Under the pieces are notes generated by a model that ran no database searches, was not told the origin of the DNA, and was given only the letters and a program-made list of their open reading frames with translations. The translations under genes were made by a program, and so were the position numbers. From Anolis carolinensis (lineage: Eukaryota), in NCBI RefSeq assembly GCF_035594765.1, contig NC_085843.1:11051955-11115954 (forward strand): a DNA stretch of 64,000 bases, read 5' to 3'. Of this stretch, positions 24,427 through 36,808 are shown in pieces. Numbering within the stretch: the stretch's first letter is position 1; the number at the start of each line of letters is the position of its first letter.

Positions 24427-25618
24427 TGTTAATTTTGACATCTTACAATACTTTCTTACTTCACATTCCATTTGGAAGCACTAGGCGATATTATTAAAAA
24501 TATCCAACTTGGAAAGCGATCTACACATTTTTCAAATCAATCAACTAACCAATTAAAAAACTTAGCTAAGAATGTGAACAACCATGAGAAATGTCTTCCT
24601 CTTATCTTCAACATCCTTAAACATGTATACTTTAAAATGTCTCTTTATGTGATAGTTCTATCTATTAGTCTTGTAGGTTTTGTGTTGTAATATTCCTATT
24701 TCAGTGCTTGGGATTTCCATGTAAAAATGCAAGACCGAGAGATTGGGAGAGACTGAGGGCTCATAAGTGGTAGTGCTGCATCCTATGGATTTCCGGGGTT
24801 TCTAGTTTGGTGAAAGACTACACTTCTTGGGTCTAGAAGGCCAAATAATTCTTCCAAAACTGCAAATCTCAGAATTTCATAAAATGTTGCCATGGCTGCT
24901 TAAGTAGAATATAGTACTCTAATTGTACAGTGTAAAAAGAGCCCTTAGGTGGCTTTTTCCATTCCAATACTGGACTAGAGGGATCAATAGTCTGTCTCAA
25001 ATTAGCTTTACATGTTTTTTCATGTTAAATATGCACTCTTTAGCAGCCTAGGACTGTCCAAAGGGGAGCCATTGTTGAAGAGAGGTGGATCATGTGCACA
25101 ATAGTTTGACTAACCATCTGCTCTAATAGCTTTTTTCCGGTTATGGATATGCAACACTTATCTTCCCTACCTCATTAAATGTTGTTCATTTATCCACTTC
25201 CCACAGCTTGTATATCTACCTGTGTCTCCGACTTCCTCATTACACAAAACATTTTCCCACTATTTCCTTTCAAATTCCTTAGATATTTCCCTTGAATCGT
25301 CATGCCTTTGTGTCTTTGGAGGAGGCACTGTAGACTCAGGATACTCTAGGAAAGATCTCCAAATTCAATTCCAGTTTTCATGTAAGGTTAAACTTGGTGA
25401 CCATTATTTATTTTCTTCTTGCATTTCTACAATGACCTTGGTTCAAGAGATTTAACTGTAGATGAACTGAGACTAGGCAAAAATGTGATTTAAGCAGAAG
25501 GAATACAATACTACGGTATCCACAAAAAAACTAAAGAACTATAGACACCTCCAAAGAGGGTGGAAGGTTGTGATGCTTGTTGCTGTACTTTTCTTCCAAA
25601 TGACTTTTATGTTGACTT

Positions 25619-25818
25619 GGGTGCATCTGCACAGCAGAATTAATACAGTTTGACACCGCTTTAATTGCTATGATTCAATGCTATGGAATCTTGGGAGCTG
25701 GAGTTTTGTAAGGCAGAAAATGCTAAAGATCAAAACAACAACTTCCATGATTCCATAGCATTAGACCATATTAATGAAAGTGGTGTCAAACTGCATTAAT
25801 TCTCCTGTGCGGATGGAT
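25619..25818. mobile_element. Palindromic Harbinger-like MITE
   Basis: gggtgcatctgcacagcagaattaatacagtttgacacc ... ggtgtcaaactgcattaattctcctgtgcggatg. Confidence 0.75.
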
Positions 25819-25978
25819 TCTTGGACTATGTATCTGGCATTGCTTGCCATTAGCTGCAAACACTTATTCCAACCCTTGAGTGGATTCTTTTTAATTCTGC
25901 AACAAATTCTAACAGAAAAGAATCCTTCTGTGCTATTCCTTCCATCCTTTTAAAAACATATTTCACTATAGTGCTATA

Positions 25979-26304
25979 AAAGGTAAAGGTTTCCTCTGAC
26001 ATTAAGTCTAGACATGTCCAACTCTGGGGATTGGTGCCCGTCTCCATTTCTAAGGCAAAGAGCCAGCATTGTCCATAGACACCTCCAAAATCATGTGGCC
26101 GGCATGACTGCATGGAGCACTGTTAGCTTCCCATTGAAGCGGTACCTACTGATCTACTCACATTTGCATGTTTTCAACTGCTGGGTTGGCAGAAGCTGGG
26201 GCTAACAGCGGGAGCTCGCCCCGCTCTCCACATTCAAACCACTGATCTTTTGGTCAGCAAATTCAGCAGCTCACAGGTTTAACCTGCTGTGAATCCTAGC
26301 TTGG
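25979..26304 (-). mobile_element. Sauria SINE
   Basis: (AGGTAA)n tail, conserved body gatctactcacatttgcatgttttc, and TSD atagtgctata (25968-25978, 26305-26315). Confidence 0.9.
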
Positions 26305-26789
26305 ATAGTGCTATAGCACATCAGTAAAAAAAGCTGTATAACTCTAATTTTTTTTTAAATCAAAGTGAAGAATGTTTGCCCATCAAACCATAGGGCCACA
26401 TCCAAGTTTTGAAAAAAAAAACGTACTGGAAGACTCCTAGCTTGGATTTAAAAAAATCTTGACCAATACCACCAAAAAATAATGGAATGAATGGATGCAG
26501 AAATGAAATCAACCAGCAAAACCTGGTGGAAACCAAGGAATCATATCATGAAATCACATGCTTCTTTAGGCCAATCTGGAGGAATCCTATACAAACTATA
26601 CACACCTGGGATGGCAAAAGTCTTAAACCAGGGGTGGGCAATATCTGGCCCACAAGCCATTTAAGGACCGTAAAGTCTGGCTCCGTGGTATCTGTGGCTG
26701 CTTCTCTCTTCCTCCCTCCCTCTCCTCTTGCTCATTCTCTGGGTGGTGCAAGCCATGATCATCAAAAGATTAAAAATACTTTTTTCTAG

Positions 26790-27305
26790 AGTAATAATAC
26801 TACACCTTAAACATCAAAAAAGCCAATAACTACAAAATACAAACACTCTACGTTATCTAATCATTCTCTGTCTGGTGGTTATATTCTCTCAGTTTTCTAC
26901 ACCCATTTAGTGAAATGGAACCATTGGTACATCCTTTCCCCACACAATAACACACTTCTAGTAAAAAACAAACCCATGATGGAAGTTTGGCCCCATCTTT
27001 GCTGGAGGAACCTAATAAATGGGTCCCAATCTTTCTTACAGTTAGAGATTTCTCCTTAAGCAATGTCAAAGTTTATCCTTTTCCATAAGTGTGCTTATTT
27101 TCCATCTTGGGCTGTAATCATTGAGTCTTTCCATCTTTGAGTGTAGGTAATTCTTCCTGCTGTTATCATGTATCACAATAATCTTCCACATTTCTATCAA
27201 GTTGTACATCTAACATCCCAAGCAGAGAAAATTCAGGTTTCATTTCAAATTTGACTTTAAGAATTTCTTCAAAAATTGTATATATTTGTGCCCAGAAGTT
27301 GCCAG
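26790..27305 (-). mobile_element. L1 LINE 3' fragment
   Basis: Translation FWAQIYTIFEEILKVKFEMKPEFSLLGM resembles the C-terminus of non-mammalian L1 ORF2. Confidence 0.65.
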
Positions 27306-28009
27306 GGCTTCTAGGGCCATGTTCACTGACAAGGCCTGCAGTTTCCTTCCCTGGGCCTCTCGCCCTCTTCAATGACCAAGGCCTCCTTCCCTCTGCCCAT
27401 CCTGAACCCTTCCTTCCCTCTAATTTTGTATAGACCACAAATGTTATAAATATTATTAATAGCCAAATGGCCCTTGGCAAAAAAAGGACTCTCCAGTGCT
27501 GCCTTAAGCAAACAAAAGGCAGACAAAACTATATTAACCTGGTGCCACGCAGAGAAGCCAAAATTTTGTTAGAGATGCACATGTGAATTTGTCATATTAT
27601 GCAGATGGAACCAAAATTTTATCATTGCACAAGAGATCTATTCCATTCATAGCAGAAGAGGCCAAATTGCACAGAGAGCAAATCCACTGGAACTTTCTTT
27701 TGAAAATTGCACATTGTTCAATAAATGAGCTTGTGTTATGGTACAGTAATTTCACTGACCAGTAGACAAGTTGATCTAGGTTTTTAGGGTTTATTTTTTG
27801 AGTAAATCATATGGTCTTATAATATACATATGCTGTTAAGTCTGCATAGGCTTCAAGGGAGAACACCGGATCCAGGAACACATCCAAAGCGTGTATTTGT
27901 TCTTTCAAGGAGAATTCATCCTCATTCCTAGCACTTTACAAGCTGATCTCCCGGACACTATTCATTACCAGTAAGGGCAATTTCTCTGAGCCCAGTTTCC
28001 TGCCCAGAA

Positions 28010-28990
28010 TGGTTATCACACAGCTGCTTAAATCAAGCTGGTAATTTTATATGTCAAGGAAAGCCCTGCAGGAAGTATTGGCTGTATTTATCATGTGCCT
28101 ATCAAGGGCACTGCTTTCTTACTAGGCCTGTAACAAAGCAAGGAGCCCGGTGTCATAATATGGGGTTGGGAGGGGAAGGCGTAATGGGACTCTGGAGTTA
28201 CAGCTTACTCAAGCTGATGGCCTTGATAATATCCTCGGTGAAGCCCGGAAAGCTGCTGCCTGGACGTTCTCTCCTGTCGGTGTCAATACAAATGTGGCAT
28301 TCCTGATGGGGCCAGGGGCGAAGTCTGGCTCTTTGCATGCAGAGCCGAGGAGTGGGGAGAAGTCTGCTTTTGACACTGAAAGGGACAGACTGGCTCCCGG
28401 TGCAAGGTCACAGAGAGATATACTGCTAAGTTGTTGTACCGGAGAGCCCTTGGAAAGAAAAGGAGAAGGAAAAAGAGCTCCAAAGAAACAGAAGCCAGAT
28501 AAAGGTCTGGAACCAGATCCTGCGCTCTATCAATGCCCCGGGTTAGTGTAAGGGAGACACATGGGAACGCAAACACAGGGAAAGCGATAGGGTGCTTTCC
28601 CCCTTTGCACCGTTGACAACAAATAAGCCCCACCCCTCCCAAAAAGAAAGAAAGGGCCAAAGAAATAAAGATGAGAAACCAGGGAGCCTTGCAGCCTGAT
28701 AATAGAAGAAAAGTCCATTTGTTTTGTGCGCACAATGAGGAGTTTGTTCGCGGCAACAGAGAGACCGTCCCATCGCTGGAAATCTGGATTTCACTTTTTG
28801 ACCTCACTCGGCCAAGTAGATCAAGTCAAGCAAAAGCTGATATTTCTCTTCACCGGGATAATGATCCACTATTCGGTCCTCCGACTCCCTTTCCCTTCCA
28901 GCTTTCATATGTCAACATAAAAAATAGCTGCAGAGATTCATACCACCAGTGGCTGCACCTGCAAACATTCACTCATCTCTGGGCCTTCGA
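28010..28990. promoter_or_regulatory. Candidate enhancer: GC/CpG-enriched island with GATA and NR5A motifs
   Basis: No repeat recognised. GATA sites at 28013, 28088, 28099, 28224, 28497 and 28697; NR5A/ERR-like sites at 28102, 28218 and 28403. Confidence 0.4.
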
Positions 28991-29139
28991 TACAAAATAT
29001 TGTCCCTGTTGCAGAGGATCTTTTAATTGCGGTTGGACTGAAGCACCATGATATCACCTCTTTTTAATGGCCATGCTTTTTACTCTGTTGAAGCTGTGTT
29101 GTTGATCTGCTGTGGTTGTTGTTGTTGTTGTTATTATTA

Positions 29140-29183
<44 letters not shown>

Positions 29184-29665
29184 GAATGGCAAAATCAAGA
29201 TTATTATATTCTATTGGCCATTGTTTTAAATTAAAGTCGGCCCTTCGTACCCACAAATTCTGTATCCATGGATTCATGGGTTGAAAATATCATATCTCCC
29301 CCCAAAATGGACAAAAAGCAAACATTGGGTTTGTCATATGAGTGTGTGTATATATACACACACGCACATATATACACACATACACAAATATGTCCCCAAA
29401 GCCTCCATACATAAAGTGACAACACATATTATATTATGTTATATTTATATAATATTATAATATTAGTGATATTTAAATATTTTTATACTAGAAGAGTTTT
29501 GTATAATGGTTAATGAATATTTTATACATAAAATAGATTTAGCTTCAATTTCCCATTTTTCCTAAGTATGGCAACTTTTGGGACACCCAGTATATATAAG
29601 TTTGCTAGCTTCATTCTTGCAGTGAGTAATTTTAACAATTTAACGAAAACTTGATTTTGCCATTC

Positions 29666-29716
<51 letters not shown>

Positions 29717-29718
<2 letters not shown>

Positions 29719-30065
29719 TGTTGCCATCCCAGGTGACAGTCGCATTGATGAAAAACAACAGGAAAAACTCAGTCGCTATCAGGACCTCAAGATTGAACTT
29801 CAAAGGCTCTGGCAGAAACCAGTGCAGGTGGTCCCGGTGGTGACGGGCACACTGGGTGCCATGCCAAAAGATCTCAGCTGGCATTTGGAAACAATAGACA
29901 TTGACAAAATTACGATCTGCCAACTGCAAAAGGCCACCCTACTGGGATCTGCATGCATCATCCGAAAATACATCACACAGTCCTAGACACTTGGGAAGTG
30001 TTCGACTTGTGATTTTGTGAAACGAAATCCGGCATGTCTATCTTGTTTGCTGTGTCATACAATAA

Positions 30066-30066
<1 letters not shown>
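29717..30066 (+). mobile_element. Young R4/Dong LINE 3' fragment flanked by (TAA)n
   Basis: Encodes DVAIPGDSRIDEKQQEKLSRYQDLKIELQRLWQKPVQVVPVVTGTLGA (restriction-like endonuclease C-terminus). (TAA)n on both sides. Confidence 0.9.
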
Positions 30067-30120
<54 letters not shown>

Positions 30121-30122
<2 letters not shown>

Positions 30123-30335
30123 TTTATTTTTATATCCCTCCCCATCTCCCCAAGGGGACTCGGGGTGGCTCACATGGGGCTAAGCCCAACAACAATAAAA
30201 TACAGCAGTATAAAATACACAATATAAAATACAACAATACAAAATACACAAAAATCACAGCAGATCAACAACACAGCTTCAACAGAGTAAAAAGCATGGC
30301 CATTAAAAAGAGGTGATATCATGGCGCTTCAGTCC
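30121..30335 (-). mobile_element. L2 LINE 3' tail
   Basis: Reverse complement reads ...ccccatgtgagccaccccgagtccccttggggagatggggagggatataaaaataaag(tta)n. Confidence 0.75.
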
Positions 30336-31817
30336 CTGGTCTTGGAGGAGAAAAAAAAATTACAATTGTACAATGGGACTTGAGTGTCTACACATGCTGA
30401 TATCTATGGAAGGACCTGGAAGCAACTCCGGCAGATACTAAAGATCCACTGTGATGTTTCAATAGCGTTGTTTCCTTAACTGTGTTTTATCTGTTGTGAT
30501 TTCTATTGTTTTAACTGCCTTTTGCTTTTACTAGCATTGGGAGCTGCCTTGGGCCCCCAACTGGGAGAAATGTTGGATATAAATTAACTAACTAACTAAA
30601 TAAAATTGACTCTCTTTGCCTCCTAAAGCCATATTTTATACCAGGCTGTTGTTTTAGCTACAGATGTGAAAATCATTCCTTTTTGACTGTGTTGAGTTTC
30701 CCTGAATCCCATCTCCACATTTCTTCTTGTCCATATTTCGCATCAGGTTACAAGATTTTGTGTCTTAATTCCTGCATGGAAATTCATGCCCATCCTTAAC
30801 ACATATTTTCCTCATGCTTATATTTGTTTTTTATTTGCAATTTTGCCTTGCTCACGTAATATTTCCCTGTTGGCTAAAACATGTTTCTGCAAGGTTTTTT
30901 TTTTCATTTTGACACTGTATTTCCCCATTTTAGCACATTTGGCCATTCACACTTAAAAATATGTGCATTGATTTGTCCGCATTTTATTTCACAGAAATGT
31001 TCCGCAAGCCTCTGTGCGAATGCTTGAGGCGAGGTGAGAATTTTCCATCAGCAAGTCCTGGGAAATGCAAAACGACTACTTTTCTCGAGATTCTCAAGCC
31101 CAATTAGATATATTTGAGATCTATGGAGGAGTTGAGAACCAAAACCAGACTTTGAGGGAGTAGACATTGCACACCCCATGTATAGATTTAGTTCCATGTA
31201 GAATCTGTAAGAAAACATGGATCTAATGGGTACTGTTATATTCTCCTGGCAGAGGCCAAAAGAAGGCACTAGACAAAGAAGGATTTTATTTTATTGAAGG
31301 AGGGGGAGTTGAAGGAGGAAAACAATTTTCCTTGTTTTCACTGGTTATTTCCTCTCCCTACTCCTCATTTCATAAACAATGGTTGTTTCCATGCCGGTGA
31401 CATAGGTGTGTAAGGGAATAACAGGAAAACAGGAAAATTATTTTACTCCTTCAACCCTTTCTGTAAAATGAACATCCCAGGTATAGAAGGAGTGTACTGA
31501 GGTCTCCAGTATTATTTTTTTCAGTGAGGATTTTCAAAAGACCAGATCATGAATATAGGACTAATGACACAGAAGAGTCATCAGTCCGCTATTTTCTGTT
31601 TTATATGTTGACTGACAGCTTGCCTTTAGCAGGTATTCCCTAAATCATGTAGTAAAAATTCCTTACATGCATTATTATTTCCTGGAGTGATTCCTAATTA
31701 ATAATGAGCCATACGTGCACAAACAAAAATATCAGAATTATGAATATTCTCCAATGGAGGAAGTTGATAAATTCACATGACTGGTCTGGATGCAGACCTT
31801 CATACAATATGGATTTC

Positions 31818-31919
31818 TGGGTTGCTGTGTGTTTTCCGGGCTATATGGCCATGTTCCAGAAGCATTCGCTCCTGATGTTTAGCCCACATCTGTGACAAGC
31901 ATCCTCAGAGGTTGTGAGG
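31818..31919 (-). mobile_element. Penelope-like element single arm with a mutated hammerhead motif
   Basis: Same arm as 13628-13727, but the GAAA box reads TAAA on the minus strand. Confidence 0.8.
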
Positions 31920-32091
31920 CATATTGGTTTCTGTTACTATATTATTTACCTCTGCTTTTCTATTATACGTTTAAAAGCACAATTTTATTTATTACCCTCT
32001 CCCTTTTGGCCTCCGCACGGATAATAAGCAATGGCATTACCCACTAAGGGATAGAATTTTATTAAAAAATCTATACAACTGAAGCTGTTTT

Positions 32092-32225
32092 GGGTTGCTG
32101 TGAGTTTTCTGGACTGTATGGTCATGTTCCAGAAACAGGAGATAATGCTCTGGAACATGGCCATACAGTCCGGAAAACTCACAAGAACCCAGTGATTCAG
32201 ACCATGAAAGTCTTCAACAACACAT
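32092..32225 (+). mobile_element. Short Penelope-like fold-back insertion
   Basis: About 40-bp inverted arms plus tail. Degenerate TSD tgaagctgttttg / tgaggctgctttg. Confidence 0.8.
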
Positions 32226-33159
32226 TGAGGCTGCTTTGTTTGGTTTTTACATCTCTTTGTGCCGATCCACTTTTCTGCAAATGAGTCGAACTACTGGTAT
32301 TTGTATATATGCAAAAGCATCAGTAAAGATTGAATATCATTCTTATCCAGAACCACTTGATTTTTTTCTCATGGAAACTGTTCCGCGAAGGATGCCTCTA
32401 AATGTTCAACAGTCTCAGGAAAAAAAATGCAAAGCATGAAACAATACAAAATAGGTTGCCAGGAGGTTACTTTCCCCCTAGGGCTGCAGGATCAAAATTT
32501 CATAACAAAGGGATGCTTTTGAGCTGTGGGGCTTGACATCCATTATGCACTCCGAAACAAATGAGGGGCATCTATTATGAATAAGAGGCATCCATTATGT
32601 CCCTTGAAAGCAAGAAGTGGGGAAATAAGGGACATCCATCCCAAGATGATAGCAAATTCTCCTTACAATAAATGCACCCAATAATCCCTCATGCTTTTCT
32701 TTCTACACATTCCCGATTTGCACCATGTACCGTTCACTCATTCAATTATCTGCGGTCTGAGAAACATTGAAATACAGAGAGCGAGCTCTTCCATCAACAA
32801 GACAGAGTGCAACTTTATACTCACAGAGCTACACAGCAGTTTCACAAAGCTGAATTGTGACAGCATACAACCGACTGTGCACAGCACAACTATGATTAAT
32901 ATGCAATGAAGCGCAATGCAAGACCATGTGCAATGCGTGACCATGCGCTTCACACGTAACTCGCTTTTGCAACCATAGAATGAATATAGTTGTTCTGCAT
33001 CACACAAAAATGTCCAATTGTTTTAGTATGATGCATAAGACATGCGTAAGACACCAACAGATTGCCAGACAAATGTTAAGAAAATATTCAAGAAGATTTG
33101 CCCTCCATGAAAAGACCTTGAAGTCAAGAGACAGTGTATCCAGTCTTCTAAATTGGATA

Positions 33160-33410
33160 AGACAAGTGTGGTGTTGTGCTTTGAGCATTGGGTTGTGACT
33201 TAAGAGTCCAGAGTTCGAATCCCTCCTTAGCCATGGAAAGCCATTGAGTAACTTGGTGGGAACAACATATTCTCCCTGTTTCAGAGATGGGCAAAAAAAC
33301 AAAAAACCCATCATCTGAACAAAATTTGCCAAGAAAATGTCATGATAGGTTCACCATAGGATTGCCAAAGGTCAGAAATGACTTGAAGGTACACAACAAC
33401 AACAACAAAG
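33160..33410 (+). mobile_element. Old tRNA-derived SINE
   Basis: B-box ccagagttcgaatcccctc and tail gacttgaaggtacacaacaacaac. Confidence 0.65.
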
Positions 33411-33822
33411 CATACACCTCCAGTGATATTTTCCAGTACATTTCCAGTCTTGACACATGTTGGTATCTTTAAATTGCACTTATCACAGGATTCCATATGA
33501 GGCAGGGCTCCTGTGAAACCTCCATAGCTTTATCTCATTATTATAGCAAGGGGGAAAATAGTAATTGTAAGTCCCCATGAACGAGAGCAGGATGGAATAT
33601 GGGATTCTACTCTGACCAAATCGGCACTGAATATTTATATTTCCCAAGACTGAAAGCAACATTAAGGGCATGGCTGAAGCCCCTCTTAACATTGAATCAG
33701 TACTGACGCTCAACATTACCAGTGACCCAAGGTGCATCTACATTGTAAAATTAATGTCATTCGACACCTGTTTAACTGCTATGGCTCAGTACTATGGAAT
33801 TCAGAGGTTTGCAGTTTGGTAA

Positions 33823-34291
33823 GATTAGGCAAGCCCCCACCCTGACAGTATTTAGGAAGAGCCTAAAAACTTGGCTATTCCAACAGGCTTTTGGAGAGTG
33901 AATTCCCCATCCCCATGCTAGACCGTGTACTTAATTACGACCATTTACTCATCTGTTGCACTTTATCTTGCCCTATCTGTTTACTATAGTCACATGGTCC
34001 ACTACACCCCAAGTTGCTCTCCTATTGACGGTAGCACTTAATCAACTATCTTGTTTACAATATTCACTTGTTGCACTTTACCCAGTTCGTCTTATCCCCT
34101 CTACTTGGGTGCCAAATCCATGTTTTTGCTTTGATTATCATTTTATATTTTATCATATTTAGAGAGTTAATTTAATTTTTGTGTCTGTATTTTCTGATGT
34201 CATTTCATTTTGGTTTATTGTTTTACCTGGGCTTGGCCCCATGTAAGCCGCTCGAGTCCCTACAGGAAGATGGAGGTGGGGTATAAAAATA

Positions 34292-34296
<5 letters not shown>
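33823..34296 (+). mobile_element. L2 LINE 3' end (ORF2 C-terminus and UTR)
   Basis: Encodes IRQAPTLTVFRKSLKTWLFQQAFGE*, then a UTR ending atgtaagccgctcgagtccc...gggtataaaaataaag(tat)n. Confidence 0.8.
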
Positions 34297-34349
<53 letters not shown>

Positions 34350-35030
34350 GTATGACACAGCAAACAAGATGTATATGCTGGATTTCGTATCACAAAATCA
34401 CAAACACTTCCCAAGTGTCTAGGACTGTGTGATGTATTTTCGGATCATGCGTGCAGATCCCAGTAGGGTGGCTTTTTGCAGTTGGCAGATCATAATTTTG
34501 TCAATGTCTATTGTTTCCAAATGCCGGCTGAGATCTTTTGGCACGGCACCCAGTGTGCCGATCACCACCGGGACCACCTGCACTGGTTCCTGCCAGAGTC
34601 TTTGAAGTTCGATCTTGAGGTCCTGAGTTTTTCCTGCTGTTTTTCATCAATGTGACAGTCACCTGGGATGGCAACATCAATGATCCTAATCTTTTTCTTT
34701 TCCACAACTGTGATGTCTGGTGTGTTGTGTTCCAGAACTTTGTCAGTCTGGATTCAGAAGTCCCACAGTATCTTTGCGTGCTCATTTTCCAATCCTTTTG
34801 CAGGTTTGTGGTCCCACCAGTTCTTTGCTGCTGGGAGGTGGTACTTGAGGCCTAAGTTCCAATGAATCATTTGAGCCACATAGTTGTGCCTCTGTTTGTA
34901 GACTGTCTGTGTGATTTTCTTACAGCAGCTGAGGATATGATCAATGGTTTTGTCGGTTTCCTTACAGTCTGCATTTTGGGTCATCAGCTGATTTTTCGAT
35001 TTTGGCCTTAATTGCATTTGTTCTGATGGC
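34350..35030 (-). mobile_element. R4/Dong LINE 3' fragment
   Basis: Zinc-knuckle region CKETDKTIDHILSCC, then RHN and KILWDF, frameshifted. 3' UTR shared with 29987-30061. (TTA)n on both sides. Confidence 0.9.
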
Positions 35031-35065
<35 letters not shown>

Positions 35066-35089
35066 CCACTCTTTGTTAAAGAAGGCTAA

Positions 35090-35419
35090 GGTAAAGTTAA
35101 AGCTTTCCCCTGACGTTAAGTCCGGTTATGTCTGACTCTGGGGGTTGGTGCTCATCTCCATTTCTAAGCTGAAGAGCCAGCATTGTCTGTAGACACCTCA
35201 AAGGTCATGTGGTCAGCATGACTGCATGGAGCACCGTTACCTTCCCGCCAGAGCGGTACCTATTGATCTACTCACATTGGCATGTTTTCGAACTGCTAGG
35301 TTGGCAGAAGCTGGAGCTAACAGCGGCTGCTCACTCCGCTCCCGGGGTTTGAACCTGGGACCTTTCGGTCTGCAAGTTCAGCAGCTCAGTGCTTTAACAC
35401 ACTTTGCCACTGGGGCTCC
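35090..35419 (-). mobile_element. Sauria SINE, full length
   Basis: 13-bp TSD taaagaaggctaa (35077-35089, 35420-35432). Confidence 0.95.
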
Positions 35420-36586
35420 TAAAGAAGGCTAAAGACCTTGTAAAACTAAAACTTAAGTGAGTACATACCATTAAGCCATGTCAGTTAATGTAGTATCAAA
35501 CTGCATTAATTCTATGGTGTAGATTTACTTCGAACTCAAAATGGAGTCACTGGCTCACTGTCATCAAAGTAACAGCCACTACAATTGAGAAAGTCCCCCC
35601 TCCACCCCACCAATCCTTCTCAGTACACAATCCATAGAGCTGATTTTCTACAGTTTCTGCTTTCATGGAGAAGAGACACTTCCACATTGAGACAAAATAA
35701 GATGCATTTTCTTCCTTGGTAAGCAGCAATGTAACATTGTGGGTCTCTTAATTGTGGATACAGAAGGAGAAAAGCCAGGACAACGTATCTGCATTACTGT
35801 CAGGGATAGGGCATGCTGCACTATTGTGGTGTGTAATTGTATTACCACCCTGCCAAGGATGTCAAGAATCGAGCTCTTGACATGTTCCATAGAAACGTTC
35901 TGAGCAACGTCGGCTCCCAATCTGCTTTGCAAGGCAGCGCGCTCACGGAGCATGGTGACCAGAAATCAAGAGATGAGAGATTTTAGTCGAGAGGCAGCAC
36001 ATTCCATTTGGAAAGTGTGTAAAAAAAATCATTCCGGGCTTCATGTGAGATGTTCAGAATTCCACTTTGCAGCCTGAATGCTCCATACTGAACGGATGAA
36101 ACGAGAGAGGACACAGGCATATTTCCAAAGTCCAAAGAAGGGAGAACATCCAGTCCAACCCCATTCTGTCATGCCTTGCCAGTTCCAAGGCTGTTTCCCC
36201 ACCCTTTTTTTCATCCTTAAAACATTTTTTTAGAATGACCTATTACTTTCTACAAGAAATGAAAGTCTAAGGTGTCCAAAAGACATCATCAGAATCATCA
36301 TCATGATTCATTTCTTAATGGTGGTAGAATATGTCTCGTGCTTATCTCTGAAACCTACAGGAGTATTAGTGCACTGTAATAAATGACAGGAGACAGAACT
36401 GTCATGGCAGTTAAAGTGGTGCCAAACTGCATTAATTCTACAGTGTAGATACACTTGTAGAGTCTGCTTTATCTGCCATTGCTGTAGTTTAGTGAGGCAC
36501 TAGAGATCTCTGACAAAAAATGAAAAAAATGGAACTTAAGTTGGAATTATAGTGTTACATCTGTATATATGTAAAAGGGCTCTCAG

Positions 36587-36808
36587 GGTGCATATATACT
36601 GAGAATTATTACAGTTCAACATCACTTTAACTGCCATGGCTCAACGCTATGGAATAATGGGAACTGCAGTTTTGCAAAGTCTTTAGCCTTCTCTGCCAAA
36701 GAGAGCCAATGCCCCACCAAACTACAAATCCCATGATTCCATCGCTTTGAGCAATGGCAGTTACAATGGTATCCAGCTGCATTGATCATACAGTGTAATT
36801 GCATTCCC
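36587..36808. mobile_element. Palindromic Harbinger-like MITE
   Basis: Paralogous to 10981-11196. A partial copy lies at 36370-36453. Confidence 0.75.

Larger units (their letters stand above)
33730..35524. mobile_element. Harbinger-like MITE split by nested L2, R4 and Sauria SINE insertions
   Basis: Left arm 33730-33822; right arm 35062-35089 plus 35420-35524. Confidence 0.7.

Noticed and set aside
29522-30173. Poly-Ile and poly-Asn ORFs (and poly-Leu at 34210-34422)
   Set aside because: These are translations of (TAA)n microsatellites joined to R4 fragments.
31871-31911. Third hammerhead motif
   Set aside because: The GAAA box is mutated to UAAA and stem II is disrupted, so it is not listed as a ribozyme.
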